Below, in pieces: positions 48,217 through 57,453 of a DNA stretch of 64,000 nt; within the stretch, counting starts at the first letter, position 1, and the number at the start of each line of letters is the position of its first letter. Below the pieces are notes generated by a model. The model made no database searches. It saw nothing but the letters and a program-made list of their open reading frames with translations, and was not told the origin of the DNA. The translations under genes and the position numbers were made by a program. This DNA comes from a virus. The stretch lies in IMG/VR virus record IMGVR_UViG_3300042900_000549, positions 1-64,000 of that record; one strand, given 5' to 3'.

Positions 48217-48786
48217 ATGGCAACATATGATGGTAATGGAAATATGATTAGTACTTTATCTGTTGAAGTTCTAAAAAAATATCCAAATGAAATATTTGTA
48301 GAAACTGGAACTCAAAATGGTCATGGTACTCAAATTGCTCTAGATTGTGGATTTAAAAAAATTCTGACAATCGAAATTGATCATGAACAAATTTTGCGTA
48401 CTAGTAAAAGGTTTGAAAAAGAAATTGAATTGGGAATTATTGAAATTATTGAGGGCGATACTTTTAAAGTCTTTGAAGATGTTCTGAATAAGGTTGATAA
48501 ACAAGCTACATTTTGGTTAGATGCCCATTGGGATGGTGGACCTACAAAAGGTGAATATAAATGTCCTCTTCCATTTGAATTAGAATTACTATTGAATCAT
48601 ACAATTAAAACTCATACAATATTAGTTGATGATAAGAGGATTATTGGAAATCCAAATAGTACATGGGGAGATGATCTAGATCTTAATTTAATTATTGAAT
48701 CGATGATGGACATTAATCCTGATTATAAAATTTCTTTTGAGGATGGATGTATTCCGGATGATATTATTGTTGCCTGCTTGAAATGA
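48217..48786 (+). CDS. Methyltransferase-fold protein
   Basis: FVETGT..G, TIEID, FWLDAHW, ILVDDKR. Confidence 0.7.
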   Translation: MATYDGNGNMISTLSVEVLKKYPNEIFVETGTQNGHGTQIALDCGFKKILTIEIDHEQILRTSKRFEKEIELGIIEIIEGDTFKVFEDVLNKVDKQATFWLDAHWDGGPTKGEYKCPLPFELELLLNHTIKTHTILVDDKRIIGNPNSTWGDDLDLNLIIESMMDINPDYKISFEDGCIPDDIIVACLK

Positions 48787-49538
48787 GTAAAAATTTAGCA
48801 ATAACTTGCTTATCAAAGGGATACTCTAACCATGATGAATATGTAGAGATAATTTCTAGAAATAAAAGTATACTTAAATATATTGGAAAAGACTATCCAA
48901 TTCTTATATTTAACGAAGGAAATATTTCGATAAATCATCAAAATTACATCTCCAGTTTTACTCCGGAGTTAAAATTTGAATTTATAAACATAGAAGAGAT
49001 CTGGAATTCTCAATATCCATATTCTTCTATGTGTAGATTTTTTTCATATTATATATGGAATTATTGTAAACATTACGATTATGTTATGAGAATTGATACT
49101 GATTGTGAGATTATACAAGGCGAGAATGTTCTTTCTAACTTAGAAAATAAAAATGTTTATTATAAAACAGTATCTTGGCCATGGGGAGAAAATCATCCAA
49201 TGACAAATATCAGTCTCCCTCAATTTATTGAGTCAATAACTAATATTGATAGGAATAATTTTTATCATAAATTTCCATATACGAATGTTTATCTAAGTCA
49301 AGTTAATTTTTGGTTGGATAGTGAAGTTAATAGGATTTTAAAAAATATCTGCTTATCAGATTTACAATTGATTAATAGATGGGGAGATCTTCCAATTTTG
49401 GGATCATTATTAAATATTTTTGCAAAAGAAAATATTGGAACTTTGCAATTAAAATATAAACATAAATCTCATAATTGCATAGTTGATTGTATTAATCAAA
49501 AAGTTATTGATGGTAATAATATTGTTTGGAATTGTTGA
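48783..49538 (+). CDS. GT15/KRE2-like mannosyltransferase
   Basis: YSSMCRFFS, YDYVMRIDTD, YTN, RWGDLPI. Confidence 0.7.
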   Translation: MSKNLAITCLSKGYSNHDEYVEIISRNKSILKYIGKDYPILIFNEGNISINHQNYISSFTPELKFEFINIEEIWNSQYPYSSMCRFFSYYIWNYCKHYDYVMRIDTDCEIIQGENVLSNLENKNVYYKTVSWPWGENHPMTNISLPQFIESITNIDRNNFYHKFPYTNVYLSQVNFWLDSEVNRILKNICLSDLQLINRWGDLPILGSLLNIFAKENIGTLQLKYKHKSHNCIVDCINQKVIDGNNIVWNC

Positions 49539-49539
49539 T

Positions 49540-50343
49540 ATGAAATATAGTATTTTTACAACAGCAAATAAATCTTATTACCCTTTTCTGGATATATTTA
49601 CAGGTTCTGCTTTAGCAAATTGTAAAAATCTTGATAAAATTTACGTTGCAGATAGTGGACTTGGAAAATACCAAAAAACTATTAAAGATAAAAATAAAGT
49701 TAGTATTTTGGATACTGATTGTATTGATGAATATCGCGGTGTTCATTCTGATGGATGGGTAAAAGCAACTCAAATAAAAACCAAATATCTCAATAAGATT
49801 TTTCATGTAATTGATTTTGATCATCCAGTCATTATGATTGATAGTGATGTTTGTATTTTACAAGATATAGAACCAATCATTTCACCACACTATGATATTC
49901 AAGTTACAACAATGAGTACTGGTGGTCATACAAGAGATGATGGTATTTACATTAGTGAGATTGCAAGTTTTGTTATTTTTAATAATATTCCAAAATGTAA
50001 AAGATTTATTCAACGATGGATTAGACAAATGGAAAAATTTTCCGAAAATAAAACTTCTTTTCCACATGAAACTCCGGCATTAAATATTACTCTTAAAAAT
50101 AATTTTGATAATTTAAATATTGGATATTTGGATGAGATAAAAGTATGTGCGGATTTGGAAATTGTAGATGGCACTTATTCTGTACATTTTAAAAGTAATG
50201 GATCTACCAAAGATAATCCAGTAGTTAATTTTGAAAAAAGAATTTTTTCAGTACAAAATAAAACAAATAATGATTTGGAACTTGATGGTTATTTGAATGA
50301 GCAAGTTTATGCTGATTGGAGAAATGAACATGAAACTAACTGA
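49540..50343 (+). CDS. Nucleotide-diphospho-sugar transferase-like protein
   Basis: IMIDSDV DxD motif, HETPALN. Confidence 0.6.
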   Translation: MKYSIFTTANKSYYPFLDIFTGSALANCKNLDKIYVADSGLGKYQKTIKDKNKVSILDTDCIDEYRGVHSDGWVKATQIKTKYLNKIFHVIDFDHPVIMIDSDVCILQDIEPIISPHYDIQVTTMSTGGHTRDDGIYISEIASFVIFNNIPKCKRFIQRWIRQMEKFSENKTSFPHETPALNITLKNNFDNLNIGYLDEIKVCADLEIVDGTYSVHFKSNGSTKDNPVVNFEKRIFSVQNKTNNDLELDGYLNEQVYADWRNEHETN

Positions 50344-51214
50344 TAATAGACATTCCCTTTACATTTATTGTGATGGTGGATTTGGAAACCGATTTAATTC
50401 TTTAGTTTCCGGTCTTCTTATATCTAAATTTACTAAAATTGATCCCGTTATTGTGTGGCCCATTACAAATTGGTGTAGATCAAAATTTTCAACTTTGTTT
50501 GACAATGAATTTGATGTAGTTGAATATAATCTCAATTATTTTGGCATTAATACTCATGAATATGAATTCTTAATGCATGGTAATTTTTTAAATTTTAACA
50601 CTCAAGTTCATCATCCACAAAATTTTAGATCTATTGATGATATATGTGCATTTTGTCTTGATTCATCAAAGAATAAAATAGTCTACAACAATGATGCAAT
50701 TCCATATTATATTGGTAAAGATTTAATTGGTATGGTAATAAAAGACTTGATATTTAATAAAAATATAATTAGAGAAGCAAACAATTATATACAGAATAAT
50801 TTGGGAGAAGAATTTGTTGGAATTCATTTAAGAAATACTGATTTCTTTGATCCCCACAAACCAAATTTCAATCAAATTTATCAATACGTATTAGAGAATA
50901 GAAATAAAAAATATTTTGTATGTTCTGATGATAAAGAAATGGAGGACATGTTTAATGAATTAGAAAATGTATTTGTCTATCCAAAAACAAGTTATGTAAA
51001 AAAGTTGACTGAAGATGGTGAATGGAGATCTATTATCGTTGATGATACTGGAATTGAATATCCCTTCAATGTAGAAAGGTCAGATGAGAGTGTGCAGCAA
51101 GCAATTGTAGACTTGTACATCTTGTCAAAATCTGATATAATGAAAACTTCTGACAGTTCATTTTTACAGACATCCATTTTATTAAAAAACTCATACGAAA
51201 ATGGACAAAAATAA
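50330..51214 (+). CDS. O-fucosyltransferase/NodZ-like GT-B glycosyltransferase
   Basis: GGFGNRF, GIHLRNTD, FVCSDD, AIVDLYILS, SSF. Confidence 0.75.
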   Translation: MKLTDNRHSLYIYCDGGFGNRFNSLVSGLLISKFTKIDPVIVWPITNWCRSKFSTLFDNEFDVVEYNLNYFGINTHEYEFLMHGNFLNFNTQVHHPQNFRSIDDICAFCLDSSKNKIVYNNDAIPYYIGKDLIGMVIKDLIFNKNIIREANNYIQNNLGEEFVGIHLRNTDFFDPHKPNFNQIYQYVLENRNKKYFVCSDDKEMEDMFNELENVFVYPKTSYVKKLTEDGEWRSIIVDDTGIEYPFNVERSDESVQQAIVDLYILSKSDIMKTSDSSFLQTSILLKNSYENGQK

Positions 51215-51992
51215 ATCATCATATAAACTCAAAAACTTTGGTCCCATATATTACCTAAATCTGGACGGTCAACCGGAAAGAAAAGAGTATATGGAAGATC
51301 AATTTGAATATTGGGAAATTGAAAATTATACACGTATCTCTGCATATGATGGTCGTGAAGATGATCTAAGTGATATTCTTAAAGGTAAGTATCCAGATAT
51401 GATGTCTTCAGGTGAGATTGGATGCGTAACATCTCATCTTAAGGCAATCAGACACTGGATGGAAACCTCTGATAGTCCATATGCAGTTATTATGGAAGAT
51501 GATTGTGATATAGGTGTTGCTAAGTACTGGAACTTTACCTGGCAAGATTTTATTGCTCGTGCTCCTTATGCTTGGGATGTAATTCAACTTGCAATTATTT
51601 GTACAGGAGATATTGTAGTTCCTGTTCATAATCGGTTTGTGAATGATTTTTCTACTGCGTGTTATGTAATTACTCGTCATCATGCTCAGAAATTAATTAA
51701 TAATCACATCCGTGCTGATAAGTACAAACTTGATAATGGTGTAAAACCAAGAGCAGTTGCTGATGATTTAATTTATAATTCTGGATGTACTTATGCTACT
51801 CCTATGCTCTTATATAAAACAGATCTAGGATCCACTATACATCCAGAGCATGTGGATATTTTTCATAAGAATAGTTATAATGCAATATTAAATTTTTGGG
51901 AAACTCAAGGAAGTCAGTTGACATTAGATCAAATTACGAGTTATGACCCTTATCTGGGTAGGATAACCGAACCTTCTCAAAAGTCCGCTTGA
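51201..51992 (+). CDS. Glycosyltransferase family 25
   Basis: YYLNLD..PER, RISAYDG, GEIGCVTSH, IMEDD, STACY. Confidence 0.88.
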   Translation: MDKNKSSYKLKNFGPIYYLNLDGQPERKEYMEDQFEYWEIENYTRISAYDGREDDLSDILKGKYPDMMSSGEIGCVTSHLKAIRHWMETSDSPYAVIMEDDCDIGVAKYWNFTWQDFIARAPYAWDVIQLAIICTGDIVVPVHNRFVNDFSTACYVITRHHAQKLINNHIRADKYKLDNGVKPRAVADDLIYNSGCTYATPMLLYKTDLGSTIHPEHVDIFHKNSYNAILNFWETQGSQLTLDQITSYDPYLGRITEPSQKSA

Positions 51993-52086
51993 CAAATTCA
52001 AAATTCTGGTCTATCATAAATATGTTCTTAGAATCCCTTGTTGGAATTCTTAACACTTGTCCTTTAGTATAAAAACAAAAAACTTT

Positions 52087-53613
52087 ATGAAAATCGAACA
52101 ACTGATGCTTGCGCCCGTTGCTCTTGGTATGATTGCTCCCATTGCCGCAAATGCTGCAGAAATGAATCTTGTAGCAGTCAATCAATATGCCACCAGCGAT
52201 CAGGTTACAAGTGTCACACAGTTCTCTGATGTTCGTCCAAGTGATTGGGCATATCAGGCACTTTCAAATCTTGTAGAACAATACGGTTGCGTTGCTGGTT
52301 ATCCTAATGGCACCTTTAAAGGTGGTCAGGCAATGACCCGTTATGAGGCAGCAGCACTTCTGAATGCTTGCCTAGATCGTGTTACTGAAGTCACTGACGA
52401 ACTCAAGAAACTTCTGAATGAATTTCAGGGTGAACTTGCGATTCTTCGTGGTCGTGTAGATGGTCTAGAAGCAAAGGTGGGTGAACTGGAGGCAAATCAA
52501 TTCTCTACCACCACCAAACTTCGTGGTGATACTCGTTGGGTTCTTGGCGGTATTTCCTACGGTGGAGACAGTAAGGACAACTACAAGAATCTTCGTGAAT
52601 CTGTATCCTTTAATTATGATGTTCGTCTGAACTTTGATACTTCATTCACTGGTAAGGATCTACTTCGCACTCAACTTCGTGCTGGTAACTTTAGGGATAG
52701 TGCCTTTGGTGCCGCTCCTACGCCTCTTACCAAACTAGATGCTGGATTTGAAGAGAACATCGGTAATGCTGATGGTGGTGATGTAGTTGCGATTAATCGT
52801 CTCTACTACAAGTTCCCTGTTGGCAAAGAGTTTACTGTTGTTGGTGGTCCAGTAGTTCGTCAGGATGATCTGCTTGCTGTGTGGCCTTCTGTATACACCT
52901 CTGATAAGATCCTGAAGGTCTTCCAGTTTGCCGGTGCTCCAGGTGCCTACAATCAGATCCTGGGTGGCGGTGCTGGTGCTTATTGGAAGAGGGGTGGTTG
53001 GTCTGTCGGTGCCGCTTATGTTGCCGGTAATGCTGACCAAGGTAATAGTGCAACTGGTGGTATTGCTAACGGGAACTCTGCTGCTTCTAGCACAGTTCAA
53101 CTTGCATACACTGGAAAGAACTGGAACCTGACTGGTGCTTACAACTACTCCAACTATGGTGTAAGTAATGCTGGTACTTCTTTTGAAACCAGTCTTCTTC
53201 CTAATGCAACTACTGGTGGTCAGACTAACTCTGTCTCTCTTGCTGGTTATTGGCAACCCATTAAGTCTGGATGGGCACCTTCTGTTTCCGCTGGTTGGGG
53301 TTACAATGCAATCGGTTATAATGAAGGTGATGGTGTAACTTCTCAATCTTGGTACACTGGTCTGGTTTGGAAAGATGTGATTGCAAAGGGTAATGCTCTT
53401 GGTGTTGCAGTTGGTCAACCTACCTTTGTTACTAATGTCGATAATGGAAACGCTAATGATGGTCAGTATGCTCTTGAGGCATACTACAAGATGCAGGTAA
53501 CTGATAATATTTCAGTTACGCCAGCAATTTTCTATCTGTCTGCACCTCGTGGAGAGACTGATAAGAACCTGGATGCATTTGGTGCATTAGTGCAAACAAC
53601 TTTCCGTTTTTGA
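52087..53613 (+). CDS. Cyanobacterial Som-type outer-membrane porin with SLH domain
   Basis: FSDVRPSDWAYQALSNLVEQYGCVAGYPNGTF, TRYEAAALLNACL, QFSTTTKLRG, C-terminal TTFRF; promoter TTGACA-17-TATCAT at 51989-52017. Confidence 0.93.
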   Translation: MKIEQLMLAPVALGMIAPIAANAAEMNLVAVNQYATSDQVTSVTQFSDVRPSDWAYQALSNLVEQYGCVAGYPNGTFKGGQAMTRYEAAALLNACLDRVTEVTDELKKLLNEFQGELAILRGRVDGLEAKVGELEANQFSTTTKLRGDTRWVLGGISYGGDSKDNYKNLRESVSFNYDVRLNFDTSFTGKDLLRTQLRAGNFRDSAFGAAPTPLTKLDAGFEENIGNADGGDVVAINRLYYKFPVGKEFTVVGGPVVRQDDLLAVWPSVYTSDKILKVFQFAGAPGAYNQILGGGAGAYWKRGGWSVGAAYVAGNADQGNSATGGIANGNSAASSTVQLAYTGKNWNLTGAYNYSNYGVSNAGTSFETSLLPNATTGGQTNSVSLAGYWQPIKSGWAPSVSAGWGYNAIGYNEGDGVTSQSWYTGLVWKDVIAKGNALGVAVGQPTFVTNVDNGNANDGQYALEAYYKMQVTDNISVTPAIFYLSAPRGETDKNLDAFGALVQTTFRF

Positions 53614-53616
53614 GGT

Positions 53617-53724
53617 TATAAATAAAATCACCTGACTTGTTGGCGCTTTTCAGGTAAAGATTGGGGGGCAGTAATGCCCTCTTTTCTTGTATAAATAGTT
53701 TCGCCAACAAGTTAGAGAATAACA
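53617..53724 (+). promoter_or_regulatory. Tandem late promoters flanking a hairpin and terminator; hairpin loop complementary to downstream leader
   Basis: TATAAATA 53617; CTGACTTGTTGGCG 53632-45; GGGGGCA-GTAA-TGCCCTC-TTTT; TATAAATA 53690; CGCCAACAAGTTAG 53702-15. Confidence 0.7.
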
Positions 53725-54441
53725 ATGACTTCACAAAGTCCAAGAATTTACACATATAAAATCACATTTGAAGAAGTTCCTTATTATTACTATGGGGTTC
53801 ATAAGGAACAAGGATTTGATGAAGAGTATTGGGGAACTCCCGTAACAAACCGCTGGTGTTGGGAATTTTATACTCCAGAGAAACAAATATTGGAACTATT
53901 TGAATATAGTGATGAAGGTTGGATAGAAGCGCAAGAAGTTGAAAAAAGAATAATTAAACCAATCCTTAATAATAAATGGTGCCTTAATGAAAATTGTAAA
54001 GGGATAATTTCTATAGAAGGATGTAAAAAAGGTGGGAGGATTATGGGAAACTATCTTTATAAAAATGGATTAGGTATTCACGCATTAACAAAAGAACAGC
54101 AGATTGAAAATGGAAAGAAGGGAAATAAGGAGGGTAAAAGAAGAAGTGGAAAAAATGCATATCTTATGAAAACTGGAATTCACGCTTTTACTGCCGAAGA
54201 AAAAAAAGAACTTGGAAGAAAGAGTGGTCGTATTAATTTTGAGATGGGACTTGGAATTCATTCTTTAACCCCAGAGCAAAGAGTTGAAAATGGAAAAAAG
54301 GGTGGAAAAATTGCAGGAAGAATAGTTTCCTCTCAAAGATGGAGATGTTTAGTGACCGGATATATTGCTGCCGCTGGTCCGCTAGCATCTTATCAAAAAG
54401 CAAGAGGTATTGATAAGAGTTTAAGAGAAAGATTGTCTTAA
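53725..54441 (+). CDS. Free-standing GIY-YIG-like homing endonuclease with three GIH..KKGG repeats
   Basis: IYTYKIT...YYYG, YWG, EVEKRII, CLNEN; repeats GLGIHALTKEQ / KTGIHAFTAEE / GLGIHSLTPEQ. Confidence 0.65.
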   Translation: MTSQSPRIYTYKITFEEVPYYYYGVHKEQGFDEEYWGTPVTNRWCWEFYTPEKQILELFEYSDEGWIEAQEVEKRIIKPILNNKWCLNENCKGIISIEGCKKGGRIMGNYLYKNGLGIHALTKEQQIENGKKGNKEGKRRSGKNAYLMKTGIHAFTAEEKKELGRKSGRINFEMGLGIHSLTPEQRVENGKKGGKIAGRIVSSQRWRCLVTGYIAAAGPLASYQKARGIDKSLRERLS

Positions 54442-54481
54442 CCAAATCTTAGTTGACTCCAAACTTTATTTGCGATAGACT
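54437..54481 (+). promoter_or_regulatory. Putative Pho box plus sigma70 promoter for pstS
   Basis: CTTAACCA-AAT-CTTAGTTG (11-bp period) overlapping TTGACT-17-TAGACT. Confidence 0.55.
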
Positions 54482-54515
54482 GTTTATGAAGTTTATTTTA
54501 TCTTCAAAATTTTTT

Positions 54516-55484
54516 ATGAAAATTAAAAATCTATTTGCTATTGGTCTAATTGTTGCTACCCCGGTTGCGGCAATTGCGGGGACTACTCTAAACGGTGCGG
54601 GAGCCTCCTTTCCATTTTCCATCTACAGTAGATGGTTTAATGATTATGCACGAACTTCTGGGAATAGGGTTAATTATCAGTCCGTTGGTTCTGGTGCTGG
54701 TGTTCGTCAATTCATTGCGGGAACTGTTGATTTCGCAGCATCCGACGAACCAATCAAATCCTCCGAAGCCGCCAAAGTAAAGCGTGGAGTTGTTCAAATT
54801 CCAATGGTTGGAGGTACGATTGCAATTGCTTACAATAAACCCGGTTGTACTCTTAAACTGACTCAACAACAAACCGTAGATGTATTTCTCAGTAAGATTA
54901 ATGACTGGAAGCAACTCAAGTGTGCTCCCGGTAAAATCACTACAGTTCATCGTTCTGATGGTTCCGGCACTACATTCGCCTTCACTAACTCCCTAGAAGC
55001 ATTCTCATCCTCTTGGACCCCAGGTGTAGGCAAGAGTGTTAAATGGCCTGTAGGGGTTGGAGGAAAGGGTAATGAGGGTGTTTCGGGTATCATCAAGAAT
55101 ACTCCTGGTTCTCTTGGTTATGTCTCTTATTCCTTTGTGAAGTCTCAAAATCTTCAAGTAGCGCAACTTCAAAATAAATCTGGAAAGTTTGTTCCTCCAA
55201 ATGCATCAAGTGGTTCTGCTGCTCTAAATCAAATTAAACTGGATTCAAATCTTGCTGGAGAAAATCCAAACCCATCAGGTGTGAATTCTTATCCAATTTC
55301 AACCCTAACTTGGGTTCTTGCTTATAAGAATGGGAATGGTGCAAAGACTGATGAAATTCGTGGAGTTCTGAACTATGCTTTGGGTTCTAAAGCACAAATG
55401 ATTGCTGATGATTTGGGTTATGTTCCTTTGAGTGGTAGTGTTCTGAATAAGGCACGACTTGCAGTGAATCGTATCAGCAAGTGA
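54516..55484 (+). CDS. pstS: Phosphate-binding protein PstS
   Basis: GAGASFP, YQSVGSGAG, DFAASD, HRSDGSGTT, GKGNEGV, YPISTLTW. Confidence 0.96.
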   Translation: MKIKNLFAIGLIVATPVAAIAGTTLNGAGASFPFSIYSRWFNDYARTSGNRVNYQSVGSGAGVRQFIAGTVDFAASDEPIKSSEAAKVKRGVVQIPMVGGTIAIAYNKPGCTLKLTQQQTVDVFLSKINDWKQLKCAPGKITTVHRSDGSGTTFAFTNSLEAFSSSWTPGVGKSVKWPVGVGGKGNEGVSGIIKNTPGSLGYVSYSFVKSQNLQVAQLQNKSGKFVPPNASSGSAALNQIKLDSNLAGENPNPSGVNSYPISTLTWVLAYKNGNGAKTDEIRGVLNYALGSKAQMIADDLGYVPLSGSVLNKARLAVNRISK

Positions 55485-55581
55485 TCTAAGAACAGTTAGG
55501 AAACTGGCACATTACGGTTTCCCAATGCTTGACTTCAAACAAAATTTCATATATAATGACATAGTTCTTTATAAGACTACA

Positions 55582-55791
55582 ATGACCGTTACGACCAATG
55601 AGCACGGACAGCAAAACCTGTTCGCAAAGGAACCTGAGATGTATGTGTCTCCAACAGATGCAGAGCGTTATGCACTTGAGACTTATGCTGAAAAAGCAGA
55701 AAAAATGAATGGAAAATTTGCTATGTTAGGATTTGTTGCCGCAGTTGTTTCTTATGCACTCACCGGGAATCTCTTCTTTGGTGTAATCTGA
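55582..55791 (+). CDS. hli: High-light-inducible protein
   Basis: QQNLFAKEP; AEKMNGKFAMLGF chlorophyll-binding motif; TTGACT-17-TATAAT at 55529-55557. Confidence 0.9.
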   Translation: MTVTTNEHGQQNLFAKEPEMYVSPTDAERYALETYAEKAEKMNGKFAMLGFVAAVVSYALTGNLFFGVI

Positions 55792-55889
55792 TGAACGAAC
55801 TCATTTTTACCGTAACGAGCATTTCTTTTCTTGTGCTTCTGGCACACTCTATCAATCAACTTTCCGACACTTACTAAGGAGAAACAAAA

Positions 55890-56009
55890 ATGAAATTTGG
55901 ATTTACGCCCGAGGCAGAAATTTTAAATGGCAGACTTGCTATGTTAGGATTTGTAATTGCCGTTGGTACTTATCTCACTACCGGGCAATTGCTTCCCGGA
56001 GTATGGTGA
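55890..56009 (+). CDS. hli: High-light-inducible protein (second copy, absent from ORF track)
   Basis: MKFGFTPEAEILNGRLAMLGFVIAVGTYLTTGQLLPGVW; AAGGAG SD. Confidence 0.9.
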   Translation: MKFGFTPEAEILNGRLAMLGFVIAVGTYLTTGQLLPGVW

Positions 56010-56104
56010 CTTCTGATATTATCCCAATATTCTGTGGAATATTTGTATCATCAATCGCTCTGACTGTATTGAAATTCTCAAATAAAAAATAACAATATCA
56101 ATGT

Positions 56105-56137
56105 ACTCCTCCTAAATATTGGGAGGAGTTTTTTTTT
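56105..56137 (+). terminator. Intrinsic terminator with CTAAATA late-like motif in its loop
   Basis: ACTCCTCCT-AAATATT-GGGAGGAGT plus T run. Confidence 0.75.
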
Positions 56138-56142
56138 ATTAT

Positions 56143-56298
56143 ATGCCTAGGGGTCAGATCACAAAGGATCATTTTAAGGTTTTGATTCTTGAGCAAAAAA
56201 ATAAAGTACAACATGAATCTTATAGAGATGAGTATAAGAATTTAGTACATAAACACCTTAATGAACTTATAGATAGATTAGAAGAATTCCGGTATTAA
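56143..56298 (+). CDS. Small hypothetical protein
   Basis: Manually read MPRGQITKDHFKVLIL...HKHLNELIDRLEEFRY. Confidence 0.55.
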   Translation: MPRGQITKDHFKVLILEQKNKVQHESYRDEYKNLVHKHLNELIDRLEEFRY

Positions 56299-56299
56299 A

Positions 56300-56995
56300 A
56301 TGCAAATAGATATACATAACTTTTTTCTGCATTATGACCCAAAGAATCCAAAACACGTTGCAGCAGTAGAGAAACTTGAAAAGGATTTGGAACAAAAGCA
56401 ACCAGATTTAATTCAAGATAATTCTGGATGGGTAGAAATATTCAGAGAAAAAGCACCAGTTCCTGCACAGACAGGAGTTCTATCAGTTCCATATTACCCA
56501 CAAACTGATAATTACAGAGATGCTAACCGTACTTGTAACAGTTCTAGTTGTGCTATGTGTCTTGAATATCTTAAACCAGGCACGTTAAAGGGAGTAAAAG
56601 GTGACGATGCTTACGTTCAAAAAGTATTCGCAATTGGTGATTCAACAGACCATACAGTTCAAACCAAAGTTCTTGAGAGCTATGGTGTTAAGTCGCAGTT
56701 TAGTTACAATCTTTCTTTTGCTGATATTGATAAGAGTTTATCTGCTGGAAAACCTGTTGTTATTGGTATTCTGCACAGGGGGTCTCTTTCTTCACCTACT
56801 GGGGGGCACATGATTGTAGTCATCGGCAAGAAAGGTAGTGACTATGTGGTGAATGACCCCTACGGCAGTCTTAACGACGGTTACACGGGCGCGGTGACCA
56901 ATGGTAAGGGAGCAGTGTATAAAAAATCTGAACTTACTTACAGGTGGTTGGAGAATGGTAAGGATAAAACAGGTTGGGGAAGAATCTTTAAATGA
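56300..56995 (+). CDS. C39-like cysteine peptidase (probable cell-wall hydrolase)
   Basis: LSVPYYPQ, RTCNSSSCAM, GGHMIVVIG, VNDPYG. Confidence 0.8.
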   Translation: MQIDIHNFFLHYDPKNPKHVAAVEKLEKDLEQKQPDLIQDNSGWVEIFREKAPVPAQTGVLSVPYYPQTDNYRDANRTCNSSSCAMCLEYLKPGTLKGVKGDDAYVQKVFAIGDSTDHTVQTKVLESYGVKSQFSYNLSFADIDKSLSAGKPVVIGILHRGSLSSPTGGHMIVVIGKKGSDYVVNDPYGSLNDGYTGAVTNGKGAVYKKSELTYRWLENGKDKTGWGRIFK

Positions 56996-57453
56996 CTTTA
57001 AAGGCAGGAATAGATTTAATTAAAAAGTTTGAGGGATGTCATCTTAAATCATATCCAGACCCACTATCTGGGGGTCTTCCAATCACTATTGGTTGGGGAT
57101 CTACTCGTAAGAAAGATGGGTCTTCATTTAAACTTGGTGACACCATTACTCAAAAGGAAGCAGATGAATTGTTGATTGCTCAATGTGAGAATCAGTTCTT
57201 ACCATCACTTTCTAAAATCCCATATTGGAGAGAAATGAATGACAATCAACGCGGAGCACTTTTATCCTTTGCTTACAATCTCGGTGCTGGCTTTTACGGC
57301 GGAAGTGGGTTTAATAGTATCACTCGTAACCTTCGTGAAAAAAATTGGGCAGCAATCCCAAAAACATTAGAGATGTATCGCAATCCTGGCAGCAATGTTG
57401 AGGTAGGATTATTGAGACGCAGAAAAGCAGAAGGTAAATTATGGTCAACCTAA
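56992..57453 (+). CDS. GH24 lysozyme/endolysin
   Basis: IKKFEG..YPDP...TIGWGST, ALLSFAYNLG, GLLRRRKAE. Confidence 0.92.
   Translation: MTLKAGIDLIKKFEGCHLKSYPDPLSGGLPITIGWGSTRKKDGSSFKLGDTITQKEADELLIAQCENQFLPSLSKIPYWREMNDNQRGALLSFAYNLGAGFYGGSGFNSITRNLREKNWAAIPKTLEMYRNPGSNVEVGLLRRRKAEGKLWST

Noticed and set aside
52735-53418. 227-aa minus-strand ORF
   Set aside because: Antisense to the porin; explained by biased codon usage.
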